Below are positions 62,906-64,000 of a DNA stretch of 64,000 nt, in pieces. The DNA is taken from contig CAWKGE010000008.1 in NCBI GenBank assembly GCA_963848895.1, positions 196,901 through 260,900 of the forward strand, in the 5' to 3' direction. Origin of the DNA: an uncultured Gemmatimonadales bacterium (lineage in GTDB: Bacteria; Gemmatimonadota; Gemmatimonadetes; Longimicrobiales; Gaopeijiaceae). Every line of letters starts with the position of its first letter. The stretch's first letter is position 1. The notes under the pieces were generated by a model. It had not been told where the DNA came from and searched no databases. It saw only the letters and a program-made list of their open reading frames with translations. Position numbers and translations under genes: made by a program.

Positions 62906-63592
62906 CTACTCCGCCTCGTCCTCCTCCGGATGCTCCTTCTCCCTGAAGCCGATGCGGTAGTAGGGGTTCACCACGCTGGTGGCCACGTTCTTCAGGTGGG
63001 CGCTCACCCGCTTCAGGAAGCGCAGGTGCAGCGCGACGGTCACGGCGTGCCCCGACCGCCCCGACAGCACCTTCGAGGTGCGGAGGAGGAGGATGTCCTT
63101 CTCCACCATGGCCGACAGCTTCGAGTGTGCCTCGATGATGCCGCGGGCCCGGGTCTCGTCGGACTGGCGCAGCGCCGGCACGATGTCGGCGAACATCGAC
63201 GCCACCGTGGCCTCGATGTCGCGCACGTCCTGGTCGAGCTCGAGCCCGTCGAAGGGCTCGTCCAGTCCCACGGCGAGCTCGAGGATGTTCTTCATGTAGT
63301 CGCCGATCCGCTCGATGTCGATGACGATGGCCGTGAGCACGAGGCCCATGCCGATGTCCGGCTTCGACGACACCGACATGTGCGTCACGATCTTGCGGCG
63401 CACGCTGCGCTCGTAACGGTTGATCTGGCGGTCACGCTGGTAGAGGTCGTCCACCAGCGTTCCCTGCTCGTGCAGGGCGCGGATCGAGTCCTTGTACATC
63501 CCCTCGCACGTCTGGAGCATCAGGATCGCTTCGTCGAAGGCCTCCTCGCACAGCCCTCCACCCTTGAACAGCGCGAGTATGTCCTTCCACAT
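62906..63592 (-). CDS. PhoU-domain protein (phosphate-transport regulator-like), encoded downstream of the Na/Pi cotransporter gene.
   Basis: 228 aa with a GGAGGAAG RBS and two PhoU-like helical repeats (…DIERIGDYMKNILELAV…). Confidence 0.6.
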   Translation of the reverse strand: MWKDILALFKGGGLCEEAFDEAILMLQTCEGMYKDSIRALHEQGTLVDDLYQRDRQINRYERSVRRKIVTHMSVSSKPDIGMGLVLTAIVIDIERIGDYMKNILELAVGLDEPFDGLELDQDVRDIEATVASMFADIVPALRQSDETRARGIIEAHSKLSAMVEKDILLLRTSKVLSGRSGHAVTVALHLRFLKRVSAHLKNVATSVVNPYYRIGFREKEHPEEDEAE

Positions 63593-63621
63593 GGCGGTTC
63601 GCTTCCTCCGAGGGTTCGACT

Positions 63622-64000
63622 AGCGGCTCAAGACGTATGCGATGGGAATGATGTGCAGCGCGATGTACACCGCGATGACGAGCGCCGAGTTGCCCTTGGA
63701 CTTCCCGGCGATCGCGCCCGCCTGCTTCGCGAGCCAGATGGGCAGGGCCGCGCAGCGGGTAGAAGATCGCGATCCCCATGATGTTGAACGTCAGGTGTGC
63801 CAGCGCGACGGTCACCGCCGCCGCGCTCCCGGTCGCGAACGACGCCAGGATCGCCGTGACGGTCGTGCCGACGTTGGCACCCAGCGTATACGGATAGATC
63901 TGACGGAGGCTCAGCACGCCCGTACCCGCCAGCGGGACGATGAGCGAGGTGGTGGCCGAGCTGCTCTGCACGGTGGCCGTGGTGACCAGGCCCAGCGAGA
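63622..64000 (-). CDS. Na/Pi cotransporter family protein, 3' end only (5' partial, running past the window end). One apparent frameshift near 63760.
   Basis: C-terminal …TSLIVPLAGTGVLSLRQIYPYTLGANVGTTVTAIL… and the final …IAYVLSR* in an adjacent frame, with a TAG stop at 63622-63624. Confidence 0.6.

Overview
This is a 64-kb bacterial chromosomal segment of about 70% GC that is densely coding on both strands. Several protein signatures (PadR-linked ADOP permeases, a sortilin/BNR double-propeller protein, a CBM9/DUF5916 protein, TPR membrane proteins with the RIVQVLLVYLGASW N-terminus) suggest a Gemmatimonadota/Acidobacteriota-like lineage; that assignment is inference. I identify about 50 genes. 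In window order they include: an IorAB-like molybdoenzyme; a GH4 glycosidase; DinB; an amidohydrolase remnant; two tandem paralogous TPR/TolB_N-like membrane proteins; an M28 peptidase; and a complete histidine operon (hisG-D-C-H-A-B-F-IE) preceded by a His-codon-rich leader peptide with an intrinsic terminator, i.e. a classical attenuator. Downstream come two PadR-ADOP permease modules with AT-rich palindromic candidate operators; a CPBP protease; a MsbA-like ABC exporter; a CBM9/DUF5916 protein; a flotillin/NfeD pair; a WaaA-rhodanese-lipoprotein operon; an SPFH-membrane-peptidase cluster; leuS; tkt; nhaA; a SprT-like protein; a Lys/Ala-rich histone H1-like protein; a hybrid sensor kinase; a sortilin-like BNR protein; kup; a PhoU-like protein; and a partial Na/Pi cotransporter. 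I saw no rRNA, tRNA, CRISPR array, transposase or integrase. The most unusual locus is a Cyc2-like fused monoheme cytochrome-porin, a candidate outer-membrane Fe(II) oxidase. It sits beside a DUF2231 membrane protein and a divergently transcribed membrane-anchored LuxR-type regulator. A pervasive feature is about 45 apparent single-base frameshifts concentrated in particular genes (hisC, hisH, both ADOP permeases, tkt, kup, the sortilin-like gene and others), while neighbouring long genes such as leuS, the TPR paralogs and the DUF5916 gene are intact. These look like consensus indel errors in GC-rich runs or recent decay; gene spans below are given across the frameshifts.
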